Positions 1-9,670 of a stretch of DNA of 46,909 nucleotides are shown one piece after another. The notes below the pieces were generated by a model. That model was not told where the DNA came from and searched no databases. It saw nothing but the letters and a program-made list of their open reading frames with translations. The position numbers and the translations under genes were made by a program. This DNA comes from Candidatus Nanopelagicales bacterium (GTDB lineage Bacteria > Actinomycetota > Actinomycetes > S36-B12), in the NCBI GenBank assembly GCA_044360385.1, contig JBIKKK010000002.1, positions 1 through 46,909 of the forward strand. Direction: 5' to 3'. How positions within the stretch are numbered: position 1 is the stretch's first letter; each line of letters begins with the position of its first letter.

Positions 1-1251
1 GTCCTGGAGGTCGACCACCACACCGTCTTCAGCAAGCACGATGCGGTCACGGGGAATGCCGGTCCGCTCGGCTAGCGCGGCATTGGCACGCAGGTGGCGC
101 CATTCGCCGTGCACGGGCATGACATTGCGCGGCTTGACGATGTTGTAGACGTAGAGCAGCTCGCCCGCTGAGCAGTGGCCGGACACGTGGACGAGGGCAT
201 TGCCCTTGTGGACCACGGCAGCGCCGCTGCGGGTGAGGCCGTTGATCACGCGATTGACGGCGTTCTCGTTGCCGGGGATAAGCGATGAGGCGAGCACGAT
301 GGTGTCGTCTGGCCCGGCCTTGATCTGGTGGTCGTTGTTGGCAATGCGCGACAGGACCGCCATGGGCTCGCCCTGGGAACCCGTGCACACCAGGACGACC
401 TGGTCATCGGGCAGTTCGGCGAGCTGGTCGACCGACACGAGTACTCCCCCGGGGACCGTGAGATAGCCCAGGTCGCGCGCGACCCCCATGTTGCGCACCA
501 TCGAGCGACCGACGAAGGCCACCTTGCGGCCGTGCTCGGCGGCGGCATCGATGATCTGCTGGATCCGGTGTACGTGGGAGGCGAAGGACGCGACGATCAC
601 GCGGCCGCGAGCACGGTCGAAGACCTTGTCCAGCACCGGTGAGATCTCGCGCTCGCTCGGGATGAAGCCAGGGACCTCGGCATTGGTGGAGTCCACGAGG
701 AAGAGGTCGACGCCCTCGTCGCCGAGTCGTGCGAAGCCGTTGAGGTCGGTGACACGACCGTCGAGCGGCAACTGGTCCATCTTGAAGTCGCCGGTGTGCA
801 GCACGAGTCCCGCCGGGGTGCGGATGGCGACCGCCAGCGCGTCAGGAATCGAGTGGTTGACGGCGAGGAACTCCAGGTCGAAGGGGCCCACCGTCAGGCG
901 CTCCCCCTCGGTGACGACATGCACGACTGGCTTGATGCGCGACTCGCGCAGCTTGGCCTCGGCAAAGGCCAGGGTGAGACGCGAGCCGTAGAGCGGGATG
1001 TCAGACCGCTGGCGCAGGAGGAAGGGCAGCGCCCCGATGTGGTCCTCGTGACCGTGCGTGAGGACGATGGCGTCGACATCGTCGAGCCGGTCCTCGATGT
1101 AGGAGAAGTCCGGGAGGATCAGGTCGATGCCGGGCTGGGACTCCTCGGGGAAGAGCACGCCGCAGTCGACGATGAGCAGGCGCCCGGCGCACTCGAAGAC
1201 GGTCATGTTGCGACCGATCTCGCCCAGGCCGCCGAGCGCGACGACGCGCAT
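1..1251 (-). CDS. rnj: Ribonuclease J (metallo-beta-lactamase/beta-CASP RNase), partial; C-terminus lies beyond position 1
   Basis: Absent from the ORF track because it runs off the window edge. The reverse complement of 1-1251 is an open frame: MRVVALGGLGEIGRNMTVFE...VLTHGHEDHIGALPFLL (HxHxDH motif)...DSTNAEVPGF...GNENAVNRVIN...HVSGHCSAGELL. ATG at 1251; GTG at 1260 is an alternative. Confidence 0.9.
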   Translation of the reverse strand, partial: MRVVALGGLGEIGRNMTVFECAGRLLIVDCGVLFPEESQPGIDLILPDFSYIEDRLDDVDAIVLTHGHEDHIGALPFLLRQRSDIPLYGSRLTLAFAEAKLRESRIKPVVHVVTEGERLTVGPFDLEFLAVNHSIPDALAVAIRTPAGLVLHTGDFKMDQLPLDGRVTDLNGFARLGDEGVDLFLVDSTNAEVPGFIPSEREISPVLDKVFDRARGRVIVASFASHVHRIQQIIDAAAEHGRKVAFVGRSMVRNMGVARDLGYLTVPGGVLVSVDQLAELPDDQVVLVCTGSQGEPMAVLSRIANNDHQIKAGPDDTIVLASSLIPGNENAVNRVINGLTRSGAAVVHKGNALVHVSGHCSAGELLYVYNIVKPRNVMPVHGEWRHLRANAALAERTGIPRDRIVLAEDGVVVDLQD

Positions 1252-1301
1252 CGCTCCCACGGGAAGGGGCGGCGGGGTGGGCAACTCAGGGTGAGCGTGA
1301 C

Positions 1302-2210
<909 letters not shown>

Positions 2211-2216
2211 CTACCG

Positions 2217-2942
2217 CTACGGCGCCACGCGGCCGCTGGCCACGAAGGCCTCGTGCGTGATCGGCATGAGCGCGGCCCACTCCGACTCCATGAGGTCGGC
2301 GACCATCTCGATCTCGCGCTGCGGGAACGACGGGAAGTGGCTATCGGGGTGCTTGGTGCGCAGCGAGAGGAAGTTCATCAGCGCCCGGGCATTCATAGTC
2401 ACGTACATCGAGGAGTAGGTGCCCACGGGCAGGACGATCCGAGCCACCTCGCGTGCCACCCCGGCCGCAAGCATCTCCTGATACGCCGCATAGGCGGCGC
2501 GGCATGAGGCCTCCGTCTGCTCGACGACCAGGGCGTGCTGCTCGGCCGTCCCCTCGACAAACTCATACGCTCCGGGTTTGCCCTGCTGCACCAGCCGACG
2601 CTCGGGACCGGGGACGTAGAAGACCGGGCGCAGCTCGCGGTAGCGACCGCTCTCTTCGTTGTACGACGCGATGCGGTGACGCATGAACTCGCGGAAGACG
2701 AAGATCGGAGCGGAGATGAAGTAGGTGAGCGAGGTGTGCTCGAAGGGCGTGCCGTGGCGATCACGCATGAGGTAGTTGATGAGACCCCGCGCCGCCGCGG
2801 CATCCCCATCGACGTCATCGAGCGACTGCTCGCCCTTGGTCGACACCCGAGCGGCCCAGATGACGTCCGAGTCGCGTGCGGTGGCCTTGACGAGCTCCAC
2901 GGTGACATCGCTGCGGAACTCGATCGCTTCTGACTCGGACAC
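2217..2942 (-). CDS. thyX: FAD-dependent thymidylate synthase ThyX
   Basis: ThyX signature RHRIASYNEESGRY (RHRxxSxxxxSxRY). Start placed at GTG 2942, preceded by GGGAGG with a 4-nt spacer. The longer ORF-track starts (3005, 3044) would overlap the divergent gene at 3004. Confidence 0.88.
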   Translation of the reverse strand: MSESEAIEFRSDVTVELVKATARDSDVIWAARVSTKGEQSLDDVDGDAAAARGLINYLMRDRHGTPFEHTSLTYFISAPIFVFREFMRHRIASYNEESGRYRELRPVFYVPGPERRLVQQGKPGAYEFVEGTAEQHALVVEQTEASCRAAYAAYQEMLAAGVAREVARIVLPVGTYSSMYVTMNARALMNFLSLRTKHPDSHFPSFPQREIEMVADLMESEWAALMPITHEAFVASGRVAP

Positions 2943-3003
2943 CTGACCTCCCGCATCGGACCCTACCCATGCTGAGTCCCCGCGTCGGTGGTAGGCAGGA
3001 GGC

Positions 3004-3546
3004 ATGTCGCAGACACCCCCTGACTCCGTGCGCCTCGCCCGCACCTCCGATGTCGACGACGTGGCGCGTGCACAGGTGGCCGCCTGGCGCTCGGCGTACG
3101 CCGGGGTGCTTCCCGAGGAGGTGCTGCAGGGCCTGGATGCAGACGAGATCGCATGGGAGTGGGGTCGAGCACTCCTGCAGCCAGGCCCTCACCGCCTGCT
3201 GGTCGCGCTCGACGCCGACTCCGGCGTCGTGGGTGCCGCCGCGGTCGGGCCCGCGGTCGACCCCGATGCCGCAGGAGCCGGCGAGGTCAGCCTCCTCGTC
3301 GTGGACCCCGCGCACTGGGGGCAGGGACATGGCTCGCGACTCCTCCAGGCGAGCGTCGATCACCTCATCGCGGGCGGCCACCGCGAGGCCGTCACTTGGG
3401 TGCCGCTGGCGGATGAGTCGCGACGTGGATTCCTGCAGTCCGCCGGATGGGGGCCAGACACGGCGTATCGCGATCGCGAGATCGGCGACAGCCTGCTCCG
3501 GGAGGTGCGCCTCGTCACGATCATCGCTGATGAGGGGGCGGGCTAG
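3004..3546 (+). CDS. GNAT family N-acetyltransferase (substrate unknown)
   Basis: 180 aa with an acetyl-CoA motif-A-like segment LLVVDPAHWGQGHGSRLL. Its stop TAG shares the tetranucleotide CTAG with the convergent gene. Confidence 0.8.
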   Translation: MSQTPPDSVRLARTSDVDDVARAQVAAWRSAYAGVLPEEVLQGLDADEIAWEWGRALLQPGPHRLLVALDADSGVVGAAAVGPAVDPDAAGAGEVSLLVVDPAHWGQGHGSRLLQASVDHLIAGGHREAVTWVPLADESRRGFLQSAGWGPDTAYRDREIGDSLLREVRLVTIIADEGAG

Positions 3547-5171
3547 AGACCAAGGACACCGGGGTTGAGAAGCCCCTCGGGATCGACGGAACGCTTCGCG
3601 GCACTCAGGATCGCCATCCCGACGGGGCCGACCTCCTGCGATAGCCAGGGGGCATGGTCGCGGCCCACGGCATGGTGGTGGGTGATGGTGGCGCCGGCCG
3701 CCATCAACGTGTCGGACGTCGCCGATTTCGCGCGCTGCCACTGCGCCACGGGATCCCGGCGGTCCGCCACAGCGATCACGGTGGTGTAGAGCGATGCACC
3801 CGTCTCGTAGGAGTGGGAGAGGTGCGACATGACGTAGGGACCGGGGCGCGGTCCCAGCGACTCGCGCAGCGCGGCGGTGACATCGGAGTGCAACGCGAGG
3901 TATCCCGACCAGTGCGTCGCCGTCTCGAGGGTCTCGACGAGATAGCCCGCGTCCATCAGCGCGTCACGCAGGTGGGGGCCGTCGAAACGATGGCGTCGCC
4001 ATGATTCACCGGGGCCATGGCCCAGCGACACGGCACCGTGTCGGCGAAGCGCCCTCAAGGTAGCTGCGCGCCGCGCACGCACGAGCTCGCGGTCGGTTCC
4101 CTCCCAGCCGAGGATCGCCAATGACGCACCGGAGAGGTCCACCCCGCGCGCGCGCAGGTAGCGCTCGAGAGCGGCACCCGCGAGCCCCTGGGGACCCGAC
4201 ATGAGCAGCGTCGTGGTCGTCTCGGCTTCATCGGACAGGCGCATCACATCGGCGGTCGCGCGCGACTGCACCGCGTCGCGGAAGGCCTCGACGCCGGCCG
4301 CGAACCCGGGGAGGACAAGCGCGTCGTAGACCCGGTGCTCAGGGAGGCGACGCACACGCAGTCCGACCCGCGTGATCACTCCGAAGGCGCCCTCGCTGCC
4401 CAAGAGGAGCCCGAGCAGGTCCGGCCCCGCCGCGGTGGAAGGTGCTCTGCCAAGCTCCAGCGTGCCCTCAGGGGTCGCGACGAGCAGGGACTCGACCATG
4501 TCGTCACTGCGGCCGTAGCCGGTCGATGCCTGGCCCGCCGACCGCGTCGCGGCGTACCCTCCGATCGTCGCGCGCTCGAACGACTGCGGCAGGTGCCCCA
4601 GCGTGAAACCCCGCGCCTGGAGAAGAGCCTCGAGGACGGGCCCGGTCACGCCCGGTCCCACGGTCGCCAGTCCGGAGACTTCGTCGAGATGCAGCAGGCG
4701 GCCAAGTCGACTCAACTCGATCGCGATGCGGGGCACCTCGCTGCGCAGGCCTCCGACGACCGACGTGCCGCCTCCCACAGGAACGACGGCCACCCCATGG
4801 TCACGTGCGACCGCGAGAACGCCCCTCACCTCGTCATGACTTGCCGGGCGGCACACGACGTCGGGGACGTCGTCGACGACCCCGGATCGGCGCCGCGCAT
4901 AGTCGATGAACGCCGCGCCGCCCATGGCCGCGAGCCGCTCGGCGCGCGCGTCGCTGACGTGGTCATCGCCGACCACTGCGCGCAGCGCCTGGACCGCAAC
5001 GGAGCTGATCCGCGACGGTCGCACCTGCCACGAGTCCGGGTCGGCCGCAGGCCATGGCCGCGCGACACCCACCTGGCGGGCGAGGTAGTCGCGGATCCGA
5101 GGCGAGAGCTCGGGGGCATCCGAGGGTCCGCCCCAGCGGGCGACCGATTCCTCTGCGGCAGGCACGGCCAC
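3543..5171 (-). CDS. FAD-linked oxidase (alkyl-DHAP synthase / GlcD-like flavoprotein)
   Basis: FAD_binding_4-type segment VCRPASHDEVRGVLAVARDHGVAVVPVGGGTSVVGG. C-terminal oxidase domain ends ...DPEGLLNPGVLGL. Start set at GTG 5171 (GTG 5165 alternative). The ORF-track extension to 5444 overlaps glpD. Confidence 0.8.
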   Translation of the reverse strand: MAVPAAEESVARWGGPSDAPELSPRIRDYLARQVGVARPWPAADPDSWQVRPSRISSVAVQALRAVVGDDHVSDARAERLAAMGGAAFIDYARRRSGVVDDVPDVVCRPASHDEVRGVLAVARDHGVAVVPVGGGTSVVGGLRSEVPRIAIELSRLGRLLHLDEVSGLATVGPGVTGPVLEALLQARGFTLGHLPQSFERATIGGYAATRSAGQASTGYGRSDDMVESLLVATPEGTLELGRAPSTAAGPDLLGLLLGSEGAFGVITRVGLRVRRLPEHRVYDALVLPGFAAGVEAFRDAVQSRATADVMRLSDEAETTTTLLMSGPQGLAGAALERYLRARGVDLSGASLAILGWEGTDRELVRARRAATLRALRRHGAVSLGHGPGESWRRHRFDGPHLRDALMDAGYLVETLETATHWSGYLALHSDVTAALRESLGPRPGPYVMSHLSHSYETGASLYTTVIAVADRRDPVAQWQRAKSATSDTLMAAGATITHHHAVGRDHAPWLSQEVGPVGMAILSAAKRSVDPEGLLNPGVLGL

Positions 5172-5207
5172 AGTCTGGCATCGACGACCGGGCAGACTGT
5201 GCCCGTG
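5163..5207. promoter_or_regulatory. Imperfect inverted repeat spanning the starts of the divergent oxidase and glpD genes (candidate operator or back-to-back promoters)
   Basis: CACGGCCACAGTCTGG (5163-5178) against the reverse complement of GCAGACTGTGCCCGTG (5192-5207): 14/16 match. The perfect 9-bp core CACAGTCTG / CAGACTGTG is separated by 15 bp. Confidence 0.4.
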
Positions 5208-6725
5208 CCCGTCCCCTCCGCTGATCTCGACGCCCAGCGGCGGCTCCAGGAGATCGATCTGCTGCTCGGCGGCCATGTCCCGGACGTCCTTGTCATCGGG
5301 GGTGGCATCACCGGGTGCGGCGTGGCCCTGGACGCAGCAAGTCGAGGCCTCGACGTCGTCCTCGTCGAGGCCAACGACCTGGCGTTCGGCACCTCGCGGT
5401 GGTCGAGCAAGCTCGTGCACGGCGGCCTGCGCTACCTCGCCCACGGTGATGTCGCGGTCGCCTGGGAGAGCGCCGTGGAGCGGTCACGGCTCATGACGAC
5501 CATCGCACCTCATCTCACGCGTGCGCTGCCGCATGTCATGCCCTTCGACAGCGATCCCAAGCAGCGGGCACTCGTGCGCGCAGGCCTGCGCGCTGCTGAC
5601 CTGCTGCGCTCCGCCGCGGGTACGCCGCGTCGCGTACTTCCGCGCCCGCGGACAATCACCGCCGATGAAGCACGACGGCTGGTGCCCGGACTCGGCGCCA
5701 GCGGATTCACGGGCGCCACGGTGCACTGGGACGGCCAGCTGGTCGACGATGCCCGCCTCACCGTCGCCGTCGCGCGCACCGCGGCGCGCTACGGTGCCCG
5801 CATCATCACTCGGGCATCCGCCTCACATGTGTCGGGCTCGGGCGCGCGCATCCGCACCCGTGAGGGCGCGGAGTGGGACCTGCGTGCGAAGCACGTGATC
5901 GTGGCCGCAGGCGTGTGGACGCAGGACCTCGATCCGCAGACACCGCTCACTGCCTCGCGCGGCTCTCACGTGCTCTTGAGGCCCGAGGCCCTCGGGTTTC
6001 CCCGCGCTGCGCTCACCATCCCCGTGAGCGGCGAACGTGGTCGCTACGTCTTCGCCCTGCCCACCCTCGACGGTCCGGTCATCGCCGGGATCACCGATGA
6101 GCCCGTGCCCGGGCCCATCGCCGACGTCCCCCTCGCGCCGCAGGGCGATGTCACCTGGATCCTCGACCGCCTCTCCACGGCACTGGAGCGACCCCTGGAC
6201 GCCAGCGATGTGCTGGGGACCTACGCCGGCCTCCGCCCGCTCGTCGGCACCCCCGACTCCCGCAGCACCGCCGACATCTCCCGGCGCCACCTTGTCGAGC
6301 ACCGCCCCGAGGGCCACGTTGTGATCACGGGCGGCAAGCTGACCACCTACCGGCGGATGGCGCAGGACGCCGTCGACGCACTCCCGATCCCGCAGGCCGC
6401 GTGCCGCACCACGACGCTGCCCCTTGTCGGAGCTCCCTCGTCGACATCGCGTGCGGCGTCACCGTCCGTGCCGCGGCGATTGGTCCAGCGATACGGATCG
6501 GAAGCGGGCCGGGTCGCGGCCTACGCGAAGCACGACCCGGACCTCCTGGACCCCCTCGCCCCGGGCGTGCCCGTCCTCGGCGTGGAAGTGGTGCACGCGG
6601 TCGCATGCGAGGGCGCTCTCGACACAGACGACGTGCTCGAACGGCGTACGCGCATCTCGCTCATCGCGGGCGAAGCCGATCGAGTGCGTGATCGCGTCAC
6701 GGAGATCATCGAGGCTGCCCGGTGA
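5199..6725 (+). CDS. glpD: FAD-dependent glycerol-3-phosphate dehydrogenase
   Basis: N-terminus DVLVIGGGITGCGVALDAASRGLDVVLVEANDLAFGTSRWSSKLVHGGLRYL (GxGxxG plus GlpD pattern). No ATG in this region; GTG 5199 or 5205. The ORF-track start at 4335 is antisense read-through of the oxidase gene. Confidence 0.85.
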   Translation: MPVPVPSADLDAQRRLQEIDLLLGGHVPDVLVIGGGITGCGVALDAASRGLDVVLVEANDLAFGTSRWSSKLVHGGLRYLAHGDVAVAWESAVERSRLMTTIAPHLTRALPHVMPFDSDPKQRALVRAGLRAADLLRSAAGTPRRVLPRPRTITADEARRLVPGLGASGFTGATVHWDGQLVDDARLTVAVARTAARYGARIITRASASHVSGSGARIRTREGAEWDLRAKHVIVAAGVWTQDLDPQTPLTASRGSHVLLRPEALGFPRAALTIPVSGERGRYVFALPTLDGPVIAGITDEPVPGPIADVPLAPQGDVTWILDRLSTALERPLDASDVLGTYAGLRPLVGTPDSRSTADISRRHLVEHRPEGHVVITGGKLTTYRRMAQDAVDALPIPQAACRTTTLPLVGAPSSTSRAASPSVPRRLVQRYGSEAGRVAAYAKHDPDLLDPLAPGVPVLGVEVVHAVACEGALDTDDVLERRTRISLIAGEADRVRDRVTEIIEAAR

Positions 6726-7411
6726 CAAAGGATCAACGCCGCGCGGTGGTCGGGGATGCTCTCGCGCTGGGGCTGGGCACCGGGGTCTATGCGATCTCCT
6801 TCGGCGCACTTGCCGTCGCGGCGGGGCTGAGCGCATGGCAGGCGCAGGCTCTCTCCCTGCTCATGTTCACTGGCGCCTCGCAGTTCGCGCTCATCGCCGT
6901 GGTCGCCTCCGGCGGGAGCGCCCTGGTTGCTATCGCGACGTCCACGCTCGTCGGCACGCGCAACGCCTTCTACGCCGTGGCGATGGCCCCGGTGCTCGAA
7001 GCGCGCGGGCTTCGCCGCCTCCTCGCAGCGCAGGCGACGATCGACGAGTCCACCGGCATGGCGGCGAGATACGAGAAGGACCGCGATTCTGCGCGACTGG
7101 CCTTCTGGTCGACCGCCGCCGCCATCTATGTCCTGTGGAATCTCGGCACGCTCATCGGGGCTCTCGGAGCCGGCATGCTCGAGGACCCCGATGTCCTCGG
7201 GCTCGACGCCGCAGCCCCCGCCGCCTTCCTGGCACTCGTCTGGCCGCGCCTCACGAGTTGGCCGATGCGGGCCGTGGCCATCGTCTCGCTGGTCTCCGCG
7301 GTCGCGCTGTCCCCCTTTATCGGCGCCGGCCTGCCCGTCCTCATGGGCGGCGCCGCGGGCATCGTGGTGGGACTTGCCCTCGGTGCGCGCGCCCGGGAGG
7401 TGGAGACCTGA
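6722..7411 (+). CDS. azlC: AzlC family branched-chain amino acid exporter subunit
   Basis: 229-aa polytopic membrane protein with an AzlC-like N-terminus (GLGTGVYAISFGALAV...LLMFTGASQF). Its GTG start overlaps the glpD stop (GTGA). Confidence 0.85.
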   Translation: MTKDQRRAVVGDALALGLGTGVYAISFGALAVAAGLSAWQAQALSLLMFTGASQFALIAVVASGGSALVAIATSTLVGTRNAFYAVAMAPVLEARGLRRLLAAQATIDESTGMAARYEKDRDSARLAFWSTAAAIYVLWNLGTLIGALGAGMLEDPDVLGLDAAAPAAFLALVWPRLTSWPMRAVAIVSLVSAVALSPFIGAGLPVLMGGAAGIVVGLALGARAREVET

Positions 7412-7719
7412 TGTGGCCCACCATCCTCATCGCCTCCGGGGCGGCCTATGCCCTCAAGCTGATCGGCTACGTCGTGCCCCAGCGATGGCTCGACACTCCC
7501 CTGTCGCGACGCGTCACGATCCTCATCCCCATCGCACTGCTCTCGGCCCTCATCGGCCTGTGGACCTTCGTCGACGGCACGACGATCACTATCGACGCGC
7601 GAGTTCCCGGGGTGATGGCCGCGTTCGTGGCACTGCTGCTGCGCGCACCCTTCCTCGTCGTCATCATCACCGCGGCGGCGGTCACGGCAGCCATCCGGGC
7701 GCTCGGCTGGCTGCCGTGA
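7411..7719 (+). CDS. azlD: AzlD family small membrane protein
   Basis: 102 aa, hydrophobic (MWPTILIASGAAYALKLIGYVVP...). Its ATG overlaps the azlC stop by 1 nt (TGATG). It is the C-terminal part of composite ORF 6424-7719. Confidence 0.8.
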   Translation: MWPTILIASGAAYALKLIGYVVPQRWLDTPLSRRVTILIPIALLSALIGLWTFVDGTTITIDARVPGVMAAFVALLLRAPFLVVIITAAAVTAAIRALGWLP

Positions 7720-8261
7720 GACGGCCCGTCTTCTGGTTCCTGTGGCCCGCAGCGGAGCCGGGTCCGCTCGACGGCGACGCCGTGCAGGCACGGTGGACGC
7801 GCGTGTGCGGTCGGGGGCCCTGGCGCTGGGGATTCCTCATCGCGCTCACAGCGACCGTCGTCACCCTCTGCTCCGCCGCCGTCGCGACTCTCATCGCCCA
7901 GCCGGGCTGGCTGAGTCTCCTGCTCTGCCTCCTCGTGGTCATCCCGCTCATCGCGCTCCTCGCGCGAGCCTGGGTCGTCGGCACCTACGTGAACGACAGG
8001 GGAGTCAAGGTGTCGTCGCTCTTCACCACGGAGGTGATCCTCTGGCCTACGGTGCAGGCCATCACCGTGGAGGAAGGCACGCACTGGCTAGGCACTCCGC
8101 TGCATGCGCGGGGACAGCGGGTCGTCCTGCACCTCATTAACGGCTCCACCGCGGGGATCCGCACGCACATCGAGACGGCATCACCGGACCTGTGGCTGCG
8201 GCCGCAAGCCTGGGAGGCCGCGCGGGATCGCCTGAGCACGTGGCTCCGCGAGATCGGCTAA
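7716..8261 (+). CDS. Hypothetical membrane protein (two TM helices plus a possible PH-like soluble domain)
   Basis: GTG 7716 overlaps the azlD stop (GTGA). Two hydrophobic helices (WGFLIALTATVVTLCSAAVATLI, LLLCLLVVIPLIALLA) are followed by a ~100-aa soluble part. I recognise no family motif. Confidence 0.55.
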   Translation: MRRPVFWFLWPAAEPGPLDGDAVQARWTRVCGRGPWRWGFLIALTATVVTLCSAAVATLIAQPGWLSLLLCLLVVIPLIALLARAWVVGTYVNDRGVKVSSLFTTEVILWPTVQAITVEEGTHWLGTPLHARGQRVVLHLINGSTAGIRTHIETASPDLWLRPQAWEAARDRLSTWLREIG

Positions 8262-8350
8262 CGACCCAATCCCCACCTTTTGCCAGAAATCAGGACTTCC
8301 TTACGCGTCGAAGTCGCCAGAACTGGCGGAAACGCCGATGACCCCCACAT

Positions 8351-8797
8351 TCAGGTCGGCGGCGCCTGCCAGAGACGGCGCGCCTCGCGCATCGCGGCGC
8401 GCGCTCGCCGACGATCGCGCGCCGCGTCGAGGGCGAGGCCGAATCGGTACCACGAGTGCCAGTCCTCGGGCCGCACCTCTACACGCTCGCGCTCGTCGGT
8501 GAGGAAGCGCTGCGCGTCCTCGGGCACGATGCGCCCGGAGGGCATCCGTGCGAAATCGTCGATGGGCAGGTCACCCTCGGCGGCGAGCTGGGCCCCCATC
8601 TCTTGCATGGCGTAGCCGAACTCGATCTCCCGCCACACCACCCAGGCACCGACGACGGGCAGGGCAAAGACGGCGATGCCCAGGAGGATGCCGGGGACCT
8701 GACCCGAGGTGAGCAGCGCCCAGCCGCGCACGCCGGCGAGCACGAGATAAGCCGCTACGGCCGCGGCGAGCAGCCAGGCCCAGCGACGCGGAGTCAT
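8351..8797 (-). CDS. Hypothetical membrane protein (2 TM) coupled to dapB
   Basis: 148-aa ORF. Its ATG overlaps the dapB stop (ATGA). Two TM helices precede a charged C-terminal domain. Confidence 0.6.
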   Translation of the reverse strand: MTPRRWAWLLAAAVAAYLVLAGVRGWALLTSGQVPGILLGIAVFALPVVGAWVVWREIEFGYAMQEMGAQLAAEGDLPIDDFARMPSGRIVPEDAQRFLTDERERVEVRPEDWHSWYRFGLALDAARDRRRARAAMREARRLWQAPPT

Positions 8798-9537
8798 CGA
8801 TCGAGCAGTGCCTCGAGGCCCAGCGTGAGGCCGGCCTGGTCCCCCGCCGCACGCACCGCGAGCAGGACGCCCGGCATGAAGGACATGCGATCGAGCGAAT
8901 CGTGGCGCAGGGTGAGCACCTCGCCCGGATTGCCGAGGAGCACCTCCTCGTGCGCGACGTGACCTCGCACCCGCACCGAGTGCACGCGCACGCCCGCGAC
9001 GTCAGCGCCCCGCGCACCCTCGACCGCTCGGTCCGTCGCATCAGGTGAGGGATCGGCACCCGATGCGCGTCGCGCCTCGGCAATCACTTCTGCGGTGTGC
9101 GTCGCCGTGCCTGAGGGGGCGTCGAGCTTGTCGGGATGATGCATCTCGATGATTTCGACCGATTCGAAGTAGGGCGCGGCCTCGCGCGCAAAACGCATGA
9201 GGAGGACCGCGCCGAGGGCGAAGTTGGGGGCAATGACGACGCCGACACCGGGGTGGGCAGTGAGCAGGCCACGCACTTCGTCAAGGCGCCCCTCATCAAG
9301 CCCCGTGGTGCCCACGACGACATGGATCCCCTGCTCGATGCAGTGCCGCAGCGTGCCCATGACTGCTTCGGGGGTGGTGAAGTCCACAGCCACCTGGACA
9401 CCCGCAGACTCAAGGCGAGACAGCGGATCCCCGATGTCCAATGCCGCAGCGAGGTGAAGGTCATCGGCCGCGTCGACGGCCCGGACCACCTCGGACCCCA
9501 TGCGCCCTGCGGCGCCGACGACCCCAACCTCGATCAC
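8794..9537 (-). CDS. dapB: 4-hydroxy-tetrahydrodipicolinate reductase
   Basis: N-terminal VGVVGAAGRMG Rossmann motif and EIIEMHHPDKLDAPSGTA, the DapB catalytic signature. Confidence 0.95.
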   Translation of the reverse strand: MIEVGVVGAAGRMGSEVVRAVDAADDLHLAAALDIGDPLSRLESAGVQVAVDFTTPEAVMGTLRHCIEQGIHVVVGTTGLDEGRLDEVRGLLTAHPGVGVVIAPNFALGAVLLMRFAREAAPYFESVEIIEMHHPDKLDAPSGTATHTAEVIAEARRASGADPSPDATDRAVEGARGADVAGVRVHSVRVRGHVAHEEVLLGNPGEVLTLRHDSLDRMSFMPGVLLAVRAAGDQAGLTLGLEALLDR

Positions 9538-9670
9538 GTGGGCAGCCTAGTCGGGTGCGGAGCTCCACCAGAAGGTGCAACCCGGTGCGCCCGATGCGGG
9601 CAGGCGAGGGACGGTCGCCGCCGCTTCCCCGCCCGCGGACGACGCCGAGATGACGCGGGTGTACCGACCC

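Noticed and set aside
2815-3741. 308-aa minus-strand ORF spanning the thyX/GNAT/oxidase junctions
   Set aside because: It crosses three independently supported genes on both strands. It has no motifs and is Arg-rich.
4335-5198. 5' part of the 796-aa ORF-track entry for glpD
   Set aside because: This part is antisense to the FAD-linked oxidase. GlpD homology starts only near the GxGxxG motif, so I trimmed the gene to GTG 5199. I trimmed similar 5' extensions for thyX, the oxidase, the M16 peptidase, pnp, ribF, the sugar dehydrogenase, wecB, rimP and proS.
6424-8261. 431-aa and 444-aa composite ORFs (6424-7719, 6927-8261)
   Set aside because: Only their 3' portions are credible: azlD from 7411 and the membrane protein from 7716. 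The upstream parts overlap glpD and azlC in other frames.
8294-8315. Possible bidirectional terminator GACTTC-N10-GAAGTC between convergent genes
   Set aside because: The stem is only 6 bp with a 10-nt loop and no U/A tracts. This is too weak to call.
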